In this document: positions 53,138-62,739 of the stretch, piece by piece
How positions within the stretch are numbered: the stretch's first letter is position 1
How the letters are laid out: each line of letters begins with the position of its first letter
Assembly: GCA_001775095.1 (NCBI GenBank)
Contig: MFCA01000025.1
Coordinates: forward strand, 181,232-245,231
Length of the DNA stretch: 64,000 nt
DNA from: Candidatus Curtissbacteria bacterium RIFOXYA1_FULL_41_14
GTDB lineage: Bacteria; Patescibacteriota; Microgenomatia; Curtissbacterales; GWA2-41-24
Direction: 5' to 3'
The notes under the pieces: generated by a model
The model's input: only the letters and a program-made list of their open reading frames with translations
What the model was told of the DNA's origin: nothing
Databases searched by the model: none
Position numbers and translations under genes: made by a program

Positions 53138-53791
53138 TCAGTCTAAAAATCTGAACGTTGAGAGGATTTGGTCAAAAACTTGCTCATGATTACCCTGAAA
53201 ATCTAAATTGGGATAACTAATCATATATTGATTGCTGTTATGATTAACATAAACTCTAGCTTCTTTTCTGCGGGGTCCTTCGGATTTTTCAGTTGTTATA
53301 TTAACAACACCTTTCTCACCTGCAACTTCGAAACTTGTGAAGGTGTCGTATTTTGTAGATTTTGGTAATGGTCCGTAATCGGGGTCTTCAGGTATTGGTT
53401 GAACATAGACATAAAAATCCGCTGGTAGAACATCACCAAAAAAACAATCTGCAAGTGCCGTTTTATTTACAAAAAGATAGCCTCGAATACCCTTGTCGCA
53501 AGGTGGAGTTTCATTATCGTAAACAAACCAACTGGAAGGGTACTTGATCGAGAACCCCAACTGGGTGTTTGTATATGTTTTCCAATTTGCTGTTTCCGCG
53601 GAATCATTCGGTTCACGGCCAGCGTCTGAAATTGGACTGGGTTGGTCTTGAACCGACGGTTCGGAACTTGGAGTTGATTTGTTTTTGATGTTTTTTAGAA
53701 GATTTGTGTTGAAATAAAGAGTTAATGCCACGCCAAGAGTAATCAGGGCGAGAATAATCATTACCGGAGGAGTTAAATATCCCCTTCTCAT
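53138..53791 (-). CDS. Paralog family member 3 (same signal anchor, ETANWKTY...KYPSSW motif and C-terminal FDQILSTFRFLD)
   Basis: The first ~60 aa are nearly identical to 49943..50515. The central ~120 aa are divergent. Its 3' flank repeats the 3' flank of paralog 1. Confidence 0.6.
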   Translation of the reverse strand: MRRGYLTPPVMIILALITLGVALTLYFNTNLLKNIKNKSTPSSEPSVQDQPSPISDAGREPNDSAETANWKTYTNTQLGFSIKYPSSWFVYDNETPPCDKGIRGYLFVNKTALADCFFGDVLPADFYVYVQPIPEDPDYGPLPKSTKYDTFTSFEVAGEKGVVNITTEKSEGPRRKEARVYVNHNSNQYMISYPNLDFQGNHEQVFDQILSTFRFLD

Positions 53792-53853
53792 ACTTTCATC
53801 ATTTCACTTCCTGTTTTTAAACACAATTGGCATAGTGAGAATCTAATCAATAT

Positions 53854-53916
53854 TGTCATTCCGAACTTGCTTCGGAATCTAACTCCCGAAGTGGGAAGTT
53901 GGAAGTGAGAATGTAG
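53854..53916. repeat. TGTCATTCCG hairpin element (TGTCATTCCGAACTTGCTTCGGAATC ... GTGAGAATGTAG) in the divergent promoter region
   Basis: Inverted repeat ATTCCGAA cttgc TTCGGAAT. Same terminal motif as the elements at 39751, 49886, 53025, 58984 and 63449. Confidence 0.55.
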
Positions 53917-54079
53917 ATATTGTGGTGGGATGTGGGAAGAAAACAAAATCCCACTTCTCATATCATTAATCCTTTAATCCCATTTCTCACCTCTCACTTC
54001 ATAGATTCTGGATCCTGAATCGAGTTCAGGATGACAAAAGGGCATAGGTTTTGGAACCGTTTCATACTATAATTTGCTC

Positions 54080-55567
54080 ATGGTGAAACGAATATACATT
54101 ACTACTGCGATTCCGTACGTTAATGCAGCGCCGCATATTGGTTTTGCTTTGGAGGCCGTGCAGGCGGATTGTCTGGCGCGGTTCTATCGAGCGATTGGCT
54201 ATGACGTTTATTTTTCAACTGGAACGGACGAGAACAGCCTCAAAAATGTCCAGGCAGCGGAAGCTGAGGGTATTCCCGTCCAAAAACTGGTCGATAAATA
54301 CGCCAAACAGTTTGAACATCTGAAAGGGGCTTTAAATCTCTCCTGGGATGTCTTTATCAGAACCAGTAACCAGACACACTTTGTGGGTGCCCAGAAACTA
54401 TGGAGTCTTTGCAACAAAGATATTTATAAGAAGAAATATCGGGGCCTTTATTGCGTTGGCTGTGAATTGTTTTACTCCCCTGGCGAACTGATTGACGGAA
54501 AGTGTCCTGAGCATCAAACGATACCGGAGGAAGTCGAAGAAGAAAATTATTTTTTTGCTCTCTCAAAGTATCAAGAATATCTGGAGAAATTGATTGCCAC
54601 GGATAAATTGCGGATTACGCCGATAAGTCGGAAGAATGAGGTTTTGTCATTTATTAAAAGAGGGCTTGAGGATTTTAGTATTTCAAGATCAGTTGCGAGG
54701 TCAAGAGGCTGGGGAGTACCGGTCCCTGGTGACCAGAGTCAAGTTCAATATGTCTGGTTTGATGCCTTGACTAACTACCTAACAGCACTGGGTTTTGGGA
54801 ATGATGAAACTCTATACAAAAAATATTGGGCTGATTCCCCTAGATCCACTCCAGGAGTGAGCTTAGTTACATCCCGGCACACTCCGGGAGTGAACAAAGA
54901 CCGAGTAACTCGCCTGCATGTCATCGGTAAAGGCATTATCAGATTTCATGCAATCTATTGGCCGGCCATGCTAGCTTCAGCCGGACTTCCCCTGCCAAAT
55001 GAGGAGTTTGTCCATGGCTACATTACAGTAGAAGGACAAAAGATTTCCAAGTCACTTGGAAATGTAATTGATCCTTTCGAATTAACCGAAAAATTTGAGG
55101 TTGATCCTGTCCGCTACTTTCTGCTTAGGGAAATTCCTGCCTGGGGCGATGGTGATTTTTCGATTATCAGATTTAAAGAGCTTTACAATGGCGAACTGGC
55201 CAATGGTTTGGGAAATTTAGTGGCCAGAGTAGCTAGACTTTGTGCGGATGTGAATTTGAATTTACCGTCGAAAAAGAATTTTAAATTTAAAAAAGTGGTC
55301 AGTGACAACCTAAAAAACTTCCGTTTTGATCTTGCGTTACTTTCTCTTTGGGACGATATTTCTTCTCTTGATAAAAAAATAAATGAGGAAAAACCTTGGG
55401 AACTTGAGGGTAAAACCCTGAAAAAAGCAATTTCACCCATTGCCCAACAAATCCGCGAGGTTGCTTTTAATTTAAGTCCGTTTTTACCGGAAACTTCTGA
55501 AAAGATCATTGAACACTTTACTGGCACGGTTAAACAACAAGCTCCGCTCTTTCCCCGCCTTCACTAA
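54080..55567 (+). CDS. metG: Methionine--tRNA ligase (catalytic core) with an in-frame repeat-encoded insertion; likely leaderless (TATAAT at 54068-54073)
   Basis: HIGH motif PHIGFA and KMSKS as KISKSLGN, with a zinc-knuckle-like C..C..C region. The track ORF starts at the TTG at 54074, and the ATG at 54080 is preferred. Insertion: DSPRSTPGVSLVTSRHTPGVNKDRVTR, just before the conserved HVIGKGIIRFH. Confidence 0.9.
   Translation: MVKRIYITTAIPYVNAAPHIGFALEAVQADCLARFYRAIGYDVYFSTGTDENSLKNVQAAEAEGIPVQKLVDKYAKQFEHLKGALNLSWDVFIRTSNQTHFVGAQKLWSLCNKDIYKKKYRGLYCVGCELFYSPGELIDGKCPEHQTIPEEVEEENYFFALSKYQEYLEKLIATDKLRITPISRKNEVLSFIKRGLEDFSISRSVARSRGWGVPVPGDQSQVQYVWFDALTNYLTALGFGNDETLYKKYWADSPRSTPGVSLVTSRHTPGVNKDRVTRLHVIGKGIIRFHAIYWPAMLASAGLPLPNEEFVHGYITVEGQKISKSLGNVIDPFELTEKFEVDPVRYFLLREIPAWGDGDFSIIRFKELYNGELANGLGNLVARVARLCADVNLNLPSKKNFKFKKVVSDNLKNFRFDLALLSLWDDISSLDKKINEEKPWELEGKTLKKAISPIAQQIREVAFNLSPFLPETSEKIIEHFTGTVKQQAPLFPRLH
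54838..54912. repeat. Palindromic mini-element inside metG (CACTCCAGGAGTG ... CACTCCGGGAGTG ... GAGTAACTC)
   Basis: cactccaggagtg at 54847-54859 and cactccgggagtg at 54880-54892. The same 13-mer palindrome occurs in lepA. Confidence 0.65.
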
Positions 55568-55590
55568 AGTTTCGGCGGGCAAGCTAGAAT

Positions 55591-56268
55591 ATGACTGATA
55601 AGACTAATAAGACAAAACTTTTCGTTTGGGATTTTCATGGAACTTTAGAGGAGGGTGTCGAGATAGGTTTTTTTGAAATTTTAAAAAAACTTGCCAAGAA
55701 ATTTAAGGCTGATAGAAAGATTACACTTTTTGAGGTCAGGGAAAAATACGGAATAACCGTTGCTGAATATCTGAGATTTTTTTTCCCAAAAGCTAACATT
55801 CTCCAAATTAAGAAAATGATGGAGGAGGTCGCCGAAATTCAAAATCAAAACCATCTCAAAGAATATGTCAGGCCTGCTCCAGGAGCCATTGAGGTTTTAT
55901 CAAAAATCAAAAAGGCCGGGTATGAGAATATTGTGGTTTCAAATTCGCACCCTAAGCATATCGAATTTCTAATCGATATTGTCGGAATGAAAAATCTGAT
56001 TAGCCGAGTTTTTGCGGTTGACCGGCATTACAGCCATAGAAAACAGAATCCGACAAAAGAAAAGGTCAAGATTTTCAAAATGATTATCAAACAAAAAAAC
56101 TTGAAGGCCAGACAGCTAATTACAATTGGAGATAAAGCAACTGATGTCAATGCTGGAATTTTGGCAGGAGGGACAACCTATCAGTATCTTCATAAAGGAT
56201 TTCCGATTGATGGGACAGAAGCAGACTATAAAATTCACGATCTTAGAGAGATTTTGGGGGAAATTTGA
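55591..56268 (+). CDS. HAD-superfamily hydrolase
   Basis: Motif I FVWDFHGTLEEG (a DxHGT-type start), a C-terminal ITIGDKATDVNAG (motif IV-like) and a capping region. Confidence 0.65.
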   Translation: MTDKTNKTKLFVWDFHGTLEEGVEIGFFEILKKLAKKFKADRKITLFEVREKYGITVAEYLRFFFPKANILQIKKMMEEVAEIQNQNHLKEYVRPAPGAIEVLSKIKKAGYENIVVSNSHPKHIEFLIDIVGMKNLISRVFAVDRHYSHRKQNPTKEKVKIFKMIIKQKNLKARQLITIGDKATDVNAGILAGGTTYQYLHKGFPIDGTEADYKIHDLREILGEI

Positions 56269-57170
56269 TGCTAGTTGATAGTCACGCTCATCTAGACTCA
56301 GTCGAGGATCTTGGGACCGTCCTCGGCCATGCCAGGTCTGAGGGAATTAGCGAAATAATTACAGCCGGAACTTCGATTGAATCGAGCAGAAAGTGCGTGG
56401 AAATTGCAGAACAACGCAGAATAGGTACGCGGATATACGCAACGATTGGTATTCACCCTCAAGATGGAGAAAATGAAATAAAGAATCTCGGTTTGTATCA
56501 ATGTATTAATTCATTGATACAAATCACTAAGACTTCTGACAGAGTAATTGGAATTGGGGAAACAGGATTGGATTATTACGAGACAGGCGACACGAAACAA
56601 GTAACAAGTAAGGATGATAAAAAAAATCAGAGAGAATTATTTAGAGAACAGGTAAAACTTGCGGTGCAGCTAAAACTACCGCTTGTCATTCATTGCCGTA
56701 ATGCGTGGGAGGAGACCTTTAGTTTACTGACAAGACATAATCATTATTCTTCGAGTGGAGCGAAGCGGAATCGAGAAGTTCCGATAAAGAAGTTCTCGAC
56801 AAGCCTTTCGACCATGAGCTCAAGACCGAATGGCTCGAACAATAAGTTAACAGGTGTTTTTCATTCATGGACTGGAGATTGGAACGCGGCAAGAAAAGCT
56901 TTAGATCTCGGTTTTTACATCTCTTTTTCCGGAATCGTCACTTTCAAAAATGCTCAAGAAATCCAGGAAGTTGCTCAAAAAGTGCCTCTGGATCGAATAC
57001 TACTGGAGACTGATTCCCCATATCTTTCTCCAGAACCGCTTCGTGGAAAAACAAATGAACCGAAAAATGTTAAAATAGTGGCTCAGTTTGTTGCCGATCT
57101 TCGGCATTTGTCTTTTGAAGAGATAGCGGGAATTACATCGGAAAATGCGGGGAGGTTGTTTGGAATTTGA
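56265..57170 (+). CDS. tatD: TatD-family metal-dependent hydrolase/DNase with a ~35-aa insertion
   Basis: MMLVDSHAHLDS, IGETGLDYY, PLVIHCRNAWEE, and a C-terminal LLETDSPYLSPEP. The insertion (HYSSSGAKRNREVPIKKFSTSLSTMSSRPNGSNNKL) contains DNA related to the GAGCGAAG...GGAATC repeat family (about 56750-56860). Confidence 0.85.
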   Translation: MMLVDSHAHLDSVEDLGTVLGHARSEGISEIITAGTSIESSRKCVEIAEQRRIGTRIYATIGIHPQDGENEIKNLGLYQCINSLIQITKTSDRVIGIGETGLDYYETGDTKQVTSKDDKKNQRELFREQVKLAVQLKLPLVIHCRNAWEETFSLLTRHNHYSSSGAKRNREVPIKKFSTSLSTMSSRPNGSNNKLTGVFHSWTGDWNAARKALDLGFYISFSGIVTFKNAQEIQEVAQKVPLDRILLETDSPYLSPEPLRGKTNEPKNVKIVAQFVADLRHLSFEEIAGITSENAGRLFGI

Positions 57171-57174
57171 ATAA

Positions 57175-57400
57175 TTAACCTAATTGATCTAATTGTTCTA
57201 ATATCAGCTAAACTTCAATTATTGTAATTAATATTAAAAATCTAATGAAGTTTACTGATATATCAGATTCGCCGAAGGCGAAGGCTGATATTAATCTAAA
57301 TAAATCCCAATTAAAAAAATACCCAAAAATAATTTAGTCATTAGTCATTGGGAGTTGGGAATTGATTAGAATAATTAGACTAATTAGAAATTAGAGATTT
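57175..57400. repeat. Dispersed repeat, copy 2 (CCTAATTGATCTAAT...ATATCAGCTAAACTTCA hairpin with the loop inverted relative to copy 1), plus a nested ATATCAG..CTGATAT GC-hairpin and a TTAGAAATTAGAG tail
   Basis: Compare with 40124-40250. Copy 2 adds atatcagattcgccgaaggcgaaggctgatat (nested palindrome TTCGCC-GAA-GGCGAA). Confidence 0.6.
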
Positions 57401-57404
57401 TAAT

Positions 57405-58895
57405 ATGCTGAAACGCTTTGTTGAGCGCTACGATAAACAAGTTCATCGCTTCCTGGAGATTCTTCCGGGAACTTTTTCGTGGAGTTTAATTCTTTTCCCG
57501 ATATGGGGTTCATTCTGGATTCCCCACTACGTTGCTTATTACATCATCCTTTTTGATATTTTTTGGTTCTATAAAGCCGGGGCCTTGGCTATAACTTCAC
57601 TGATGTCACATATAAAGTTAAATGCCTCCTCAAAGTATGACTGGCTTTCAGATGTTAAGAAACTGCCCGATTTTAAAAAGGTCCATCATCTGGTAGTCAT
57701 TCCCACATTTAAAGAACCTTTGGGCACTATTGATCGGGGAGTTGAATCTATCGCTAAACAAGACTTCCCGAAAGATCAAATTTCGGTTTGCGTTGCTTTT
57801 GAAGAAAGGGAAGGCCAGACTGCTCGGGAGAAAGCCAAGGTTCTCAATAAAAAGTTCGGAAGCAAATTTGCCAATTTTATCATTACCTTCCATCCGGATA
57901 TCACCAAAGAGGTTAAGGGAAAATCTTCTAATCAAGCTTATGCCGGAAGAATTGCCAAGCAAATACTAGTAGATAAACAAAAGCTAGATATCAACCATAT
58001 AACCGTTACATCCAAAGATGCAGATGGAGTTTTTAGTGAAAAATACTTCTCTTGCCTTGCCTATAAGTTCTTAACAAGCGAAAATAAATATCTCCTCTTT
58101 TGGCAACCGATTGTCCTTTTTTATTCGAATATCTGGAAAGTCCCAGTGCCAATCAGAGTTATGAGCACCTTTTCATCTGTCTGGCAAACCGCTTTGAATT
58201 CAAGAACGGATAGACTGGTGAATTATTCGATGTATTCCCTTTCTCTGAAACTTCTTGATGATGTCGGCTACTGGGATGTTGACGTCATTCCGGAGGACTA
58301 TCGAATCTTTTTCAAAACCTTTTTTGCCAAAGACGGCAAGATTGAGGTTGATCCGATCTTTTTAGCAGTTTATGCGGATGCCGCCGAATCCAAAGGTTAT
58401 TTTAAATCGCTTGTCAATCTTTACGAGCAGGAAAAAAGGTGGGCCTGGGGAGTTTCCGATGACGCTTACATCATCAAAAAATGGCTGACTCATACGCATA
58501 TTCCGTTTTGGCAAAGAACTATCCGCGTATTTAAAGTCTTGGAAGACCACTTTTTGTGGCCGGTTAATTGGTTCGCAATTACTTTAGGCGCGACTATTCC
58601 GGTTCTTTTAAATCCTGCTTTTGCCCAGACTGTCATGGGACAAAACTTGCCGAAGGTTTCTTTTGGAATTTTATCCGCCTGCTGGATCTTTTTGGCTGTA
58701 ATTCTAGTTATTGATTTCCGCCAGAGGCCAAAAAGACAAGAGCAAATTTCATTTCTTCGGAAACTGATGATTCCCTTTGAATTTGTCTTGATGCCTGTTG
58801 TTACTTTGATTTTCACCGCTCTTCCCGGTATCGATGCTCACACCCGACTAATGCTTGGGAAATATTTGGAATATAGAGTCACAGAGAAGGTATAG
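57405..58895 (+). CDS. Family 2 membrane glycosyltransferase (processive synthase-like)
   Basis: N-terminal TM helices, then a GT-A domain (HHLVVIPTFKEPLGTIDRGVESIAKQDFPKD...; the DAD equivalent is VTSKDADGVF), then C-terminal TM helices. A QxxRW-like WQRTIRVF is present. Confidence 0.7.
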   Translation: MLKRFVERYDKQVHRFLEILPGTFSWSLILFPIWGSFWIPHYVAYYIILFDIFWFYKAGALAITSLMSHIKLNASSKYDWLSDVKKLPDFKKVHHLVVIPTFKEPLGTIDRGVESIAKQDFPKDQISVCVAFEEREGQTAREKAKVLNKKFGSKFANFIITFHPDITKEVKGKSSNQAYAGRIAKQILVDKQKLDINHITVTSKDADGVFSEKYFSCLAYKFLTSENKYLLFWQPIVLFYSNIWKVPVPIRVMSTFSSVWQTALNSRTDRLVNYSMYSLSLKLLDDVGYWDVDVIPEDYRIFFKTFFAKDGKIEVDPIFLAVYADAAESKGYFKSLVNLYEQEKRWAWGVSDDAYIIKKWLTHTHIPFWQRTIRVFKVLEDHFLWPVNWFAITLGATIPVLLNPAFAQTVMGQNLPKVSFGILSACWIFLAVILVIDFRQRPKRQEQISFLRKLMIPFEFVLMPVVTLIFTALPGIDAHTRLMLGKYLEYRVTEKV

Positions 58896-59108
58896 AAAGT
58901 ATGGAAGTGGACTCTGCGGTCCTCATCGAGACAGGCTCGATTGCGGGCCTAAGGGTAACTGAAAAGGTATGAATTTTAAGGGAGTCATTCTGTTCCTTGC
59001 TTCGCTCGAAAAATTTCTCGCTACGCAAGCAAATACGCGTGACGGAGAAAGTATAACTTCCCTTGTCAACTTGACTTATCAGTTTTCACTTGGTAAGGTA
59101 CGGACTCC

Positions 59109-60338
59109 ATGGACTCGTCTCTGTCCGAAGACCACCATAGTAAGTTGAAAGTTGCCCTGGTGTGGGGGCTTTCTATGACCCTGATAGTCGGGGTCTTTTT
59201 TTTAGGCCTTTTTTTAACCAATAGAAATCCCTATATTAAAAATTTTCTTAAAAAGCCCAGCAAGAATGACAGGTGGGAAATATTTGGTTTTGCCCCTTTT
59301 TGGTCGCTCGACAGGCTCAGTAACATCGATTGGAATGTATTAACTACGTTTGCTTACTTTTCCATACCCGTTGATGCCGATGGTTCACTAAATAAAGATT
59401 CGTATGAGTGGAGTGTTTTTAATTCCCAAAAGCTCAAGAAGCAATTTGATCTTGCAAAGGCAAATAACGTAAAGAGGGTCGTAACTTTGACTCAAATGGA
59501 GAAAGGCAGCATTGAATCGTTTCTAGCTGATTCTTCGAATTGGCAAAGGCTGGCTAGTGAAAGTGTCGATTTGCTTTCTGGGGATCAGCTTGAGGGGGTA
59601 AATATAGATTTTGAATACATGCCCTCAAATGACTTTTTGCGAAATAGATTTTCCGAATTTATGGAAAATTATAGCCAGATACTTTCTGAAAAATTACCTT
59701 ATGATCCTTACATCACTGTTTCAGTAATAGCGTCTTCTGAAAAGGAAAATAGCAAAATGATATATGACATTCAAAGACTTTCCAAATCTGCCGATTCAAT
59801 TTTTATGATGGCATATGACTTTTATTATCCTGGTTCGGAAAAGATCGGGCCTAGTGCTCCGCTTTACGGATACAACGGGGGAAATGGACCCTTCTGGTAT
59901 GACGTATCAACAGCAGTCGAGGATTTTTTAAAAGTCACAGAACCTTCCAAAATAATCATGGGTGTTCCCTACTATGGCTGGAATTATCCTGCTTATTCAC
60001 CGGAACCTAAAACCCCAAAGTTAGCGGGAACACAAGGTTTTCCAACAACAAATGAGAGGGTGGAAGAGAGTAGACTGTTGAAAGTTACCCCCTTGGGTGG
60101 GTGGGATGATCAGGCAAAAGTCAGCTGGCGGAGTTATTGGGACGGAAATAATTGGTACGTTGTATACATGGAAGATGAAAATTCCCTTTCTTATAAGTTT
60201 GATTTTGTCAAAGACAAAAAACTTGCGGGAGTTGGAATTTGGGCTCTTGGTTTTGACTCGCCCGATTCCCAGTTCTGGTCGCTCATGCTTCGGAAATTTG
60301 GAGAAAAGGAGAAGAGTTTAGCATTTTTAGGAAACTAG
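59109..60338 (+). CDS. Glycoside hydrolase family 18-like protein (membrane-anchored); start uncertain
   Basis: Catalytic-motif region GVNIDFEYM (the DxxDxDxE-like acid E), and a C-terminal LAGVGIWALGFD typical of GH18. The first ~20 codons lie in GC-rich, repeat-like DNA, so the true start may be the downstream Met. Confidence 0.65.
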   Translation: MDSSLSEDHHSKLKVALVWGLSMTLIVGVFFLGLFLTNRNPYIKNFLKKPSKNDRWEIFGFAPFWSLDRLSNIDWNVLTTFAYFSIPVDADGSLNKDSYEWSVFNSQKLKKQFDLAKANNVKRVVTLTQMEKGSIESFLADSSNWQRLASESVDLLSGDQLEGVNIDFEYMPSNDFLRNRFSEFMENYSQILSEKLPYDPYITVSVIASSEKENSKMIYDIQRLSKSADSIFMMAYDFYYPGSEKIGPSAPLYGYNGGNGPFWYDVSTAVEDFLKVTEPSKIIMGVPYYGWNYPAYSPEPKTPKLAGTQGFPTTNERVEESRLLKVTPLGGWDDQAKVSWRSYWDGNNWYVVYMEDENSLSYKFDFVKDKKLAGVGIWALGFDSPDSQFWSLMLRKFGEKEKSLAFLGN

Positions 60339-60418
60339 TTAACATTTTTGGTCTAGGGAACAAAGCTGGAAGAGTTGAAAAAAGACTGATTCTTACCGCA
60401 CTACTCATCTTTTTAAGC

Positions 60419-61405
60419 TTGTTTGTTATCGCCCGCAAAACTGAGGTTAAATCGACTCTCACTGATGATTCAGTTACTTTTGAGGCAAAAGATCATCTAG
60501 AAAAGGCAAAAAATAAAATAAAAGGGGACGAGAATTGGAAACCTCAAGGATGGGGATCCGGCGAGTATCTAGAAACTATTCCAAAAATAAAAGCGGGGGT
60601 TGTTTTGAATTTAGAAAGCGGTGATGTAATCTGGTCAATGAATCTTAAAGATAAAATTGCACCCGCGTCCTTAACAAAAGTGGCAACTGTCATAACCGCA
60701 ATAGATCTTCAAGCCCTGGACACGCAGCTTGAAGTTTCCTCACAAGCAGCTTCGCAGATACCGACAATAATTGGCCTAAAGGCTGGGGAAAAATTAACGT
60801 TATCTGAGGCGATATCGGCTGCAATTTTGACAAGCGCAAACGATGCAACCGAAGCAATAGCCTCATCTATTGGCCTTATGGTTGGAAATGGAACCGCGGA
60901 TTTTGAAGAAGTGGTAAACTACAAACTTCAAAAGATCGGGGCTCGTCAAACCCACTTTGTAACTTCGACGGGTCTTGACGACCCAAATCACTATTCAACA
61001 GTTTATGATCTTGCGATAATCGCCCATGAAGCTCTTTCCAACTACCCCTTTGTTGCTGATGTCGCAGATGATACCTATCGAAGACTGGACGCTAACAGTA
61101 ATCACCCTTTATTCGACCTTCCCAACTGGAACGCTCTTTTGGGCACATATCCGGGAGTTAACGGCTTAAAAATCGGTTTTACTGAAGACGCCGGACATGT
61201 AAATATAGTATCCGCAGAGCGTGAAGGTAAGAAATTACTCTCAATAGTTATCGGTGCAAAATCCTTGGAAGAAAGAGAGATTGCGGCGGCTACTCTTTTA
61301 AACTATGGCTTTTCAAAATATAATATTGAACCTTTTCCTGTTGAACAGTTGAATTTAGTTGAAAGATATCAAGATTGGCAGAAACAATTGAGTTCAGTCA
61401 AGTAA
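60419..61405 (+). CDS. D-alanyl-D-alanine carboxypeptidase (S11 family, PBP5-like)
   Basis: PASLTKVATVITAID (SxxK), SANDA (SxN) and KIGFTEDAG (KTG-like). Confidence 0.8.
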   Translation: MFVIARKTEVKSTLTDDSVTFEAKDHLEKAKNKIKGDENWKPQGWGSGEYLETIPKIKAGVVLNLESGDVIWSMNLKDKIAPASLTKVATVITAIDLQALDTQLEVSSQAASQIPTIIGLKAGEKLTLSEAISAAILTSANDATEAIASSIGLMVGNGTADFEEVVNYKLQKIGARQTHFVTSTGLDDPNHYSTVYDLAIIAHEALSNYPFVADVADDTYRRLDANSNHPLFDLPNWNALLGTYPGVNGLKIGFTEDAGHVNIVSAEREGKKLLSIVIGAKSLEEREIAAATLLNYGFSKYNIEPFPVEQLNLVERYQDWQKQLSSVK

Positions 61406-61427
61406 ACTAAAAGGTGCTACTATTAAA

Positions 61428-62246
61428 TTGATGAGAAAAGGTGTTACCCTCATCGAACTTTTGGTTGTTATCTCCATTCTGGTTATACTGGCGGTCATCT
61501 TCGCAATGATATTCATAGGTCCTGCAGCCAGGGCCAGAGATAGCGGCAGGCTCTATGATTCAGACAGGTTAAGGAAAAATCTGGAAATTTATCGCTCTGA
61601 GAATGACAAGTACCCGGAGTCAGACGAGTGGACAAAGTTGGAAGACGATGCGGAAGCTAATGGCCCTTTCTATCAGGCAATGATCACTTATCTTAAAAAC
61701 ATTCCCCAAGATCCTCTCAATGGTAAAGAGAATTATGGCTTCTATTACAAAACAATTAATAATGGTGATTGCTACAAAATCCACATCGAAATGGAAAAAC
61801 GCGATCCTTATGAAATCTCCGGTGTTTGTGGCGGTGATATTGCCTATGATGTCGGAGGGGGTGGAGGACCCTCTCCATCACCATCAGGTGGTGGACCATC
61901 TACTTCTCCGGCACCATCCGGGGGTGAAGATATGACGCAAGAATGTATTGAAAATGCAGAGGTTGACGAGTGGATAATTGACTTTGGACATATAGGAGAT
62001 TTGGATAAAGTTAGGATACGTGGACTTCCTAATGATTGCAGCGGTCTACTTTTGACAGTTATTCTATCCGGAAATTTGCCAAATGACGGCTGCGGAGATG
62101 GGGGTGATCCAGAACTCGCAAGGGCAAGTTCGATCATTGCAAACGATGGTGATAACGAAAATAAGACCACCGTAGATTTTGTTCCCAACGTTCCTATTGA
62201 ACCAATTGAGTGTATAGATGCAGAGGTAAGTGGCATATATGAGTAA
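61428..62246 (+). CDS. Type IV pilin / pseudopilin-like protein (prepilin-type N-terminal cleavage/methylation domain)
   Basis: MMRKG|VTLIELLVVISILVILAVIFA, a class III signal with Glu at +5. Followed by a globular domain, a P/S/G linker and a Cys-containing C-terminal domain. Confidence 0.75.
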   Translation: MMRKGVTLIELLVVISILVILAVIFAMIFIGPAARARDSGRLYDSDRLRKNLEIYRSENDKYPESDEWTKLEDDAEANGPFYQAMITYLKNIPQDPLNGKENYGFYYKTINNGDCYKIHIEMEKRDPYEISGVCGGDIAYDVGGGGGPSPSPSGGGPSTSPAPSGGEDMTQECIENAEVDEWIIDFGHIGDLDKVRIRGLPNDCSGLLLTVILSGNLPNDGCGDGGDPELARASSIIANDGDNENKTTVDFVPNVPIEPIECIDAEVSGIYE

Positions 62247-62724
62247 AATTATAGTTTCGATAATTATTATTCTAATGCTAATCGGAGGGCTTTCAATCTG
62301 GTATTTTAGCCCACTAAGAAAAGGTGGACAGCTCCAATTTATTAAAACAAAGGGGAATGGACCTCAGAAACTTGCTATTAAAACAGGAAGGCCGGGGGAA
62401 TTTAAGTTAGTGAAATTTTCAGAGGATGTGGTCAATCCTCTCGAAGTTGAAGGTATCCCAAGTAATAATTTTTCAAAAAATGACAGAATAGGTATCGAGG
62501 GTAAAGTAAATATTCAAAACTCGCAAGCATCAACTATACGAATTTTGGGGAAAGAGAGAGAAGAAATTCAAAAAATCAACCCTTCAATACAAACCAAACC
62601 TGATGGGAGAATTATAATCTGTTGTATTGCCCCTCCAGATAAACCGGGAGAATATGTTTTAGAGTTTCTCTTAAATGGCGAAAGGGCGCCAATTTTCCCT
62701 CTCCTGTTTAAGGTTTCTTCTTAA
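62230..62724 (+). CDS. Hypothetical membrane-anchored protein
   Basis: N-terminal TM IIVSIIIILMLIGGLSIWYF and a 130-aa beta-rich domain. Overlaps the pilin-like gene end by 17 bp. Confidence 0.35.
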   Translation: MAYMSKIIVSIIIILMLIGGLSIWYFSPLRKGGQLQFIKTKGNGPQKLAIKTGRPGEFKLVKFSEDVVNPLEVEGIPSNNFSKNDRIGIEGKVNIQNSQASTIRILGKEREEIQKINPSIQTKPDGRIIICCIAPPDKPGEYVLEFLLNGERAPIFPLLFKVSS

Positions 62725-62739
62725 AAAATCGCCTGTGAT

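Noticed and set aside
58896-59160. GC-rich segment with partial inverted repeats (GGACTCTGCGGTCCTCATCGAGACAGGCTCGA ... GGACTCCATGGACTCGTCTCTGTCC) around the GH18 start
   Set aside because: Possibly another mobile mini-element, and it affects the GH18 start call. The arms do not pair cleanly, so it is only noted as an uncertainty, apart from the embedded GTCATTCTG unit.
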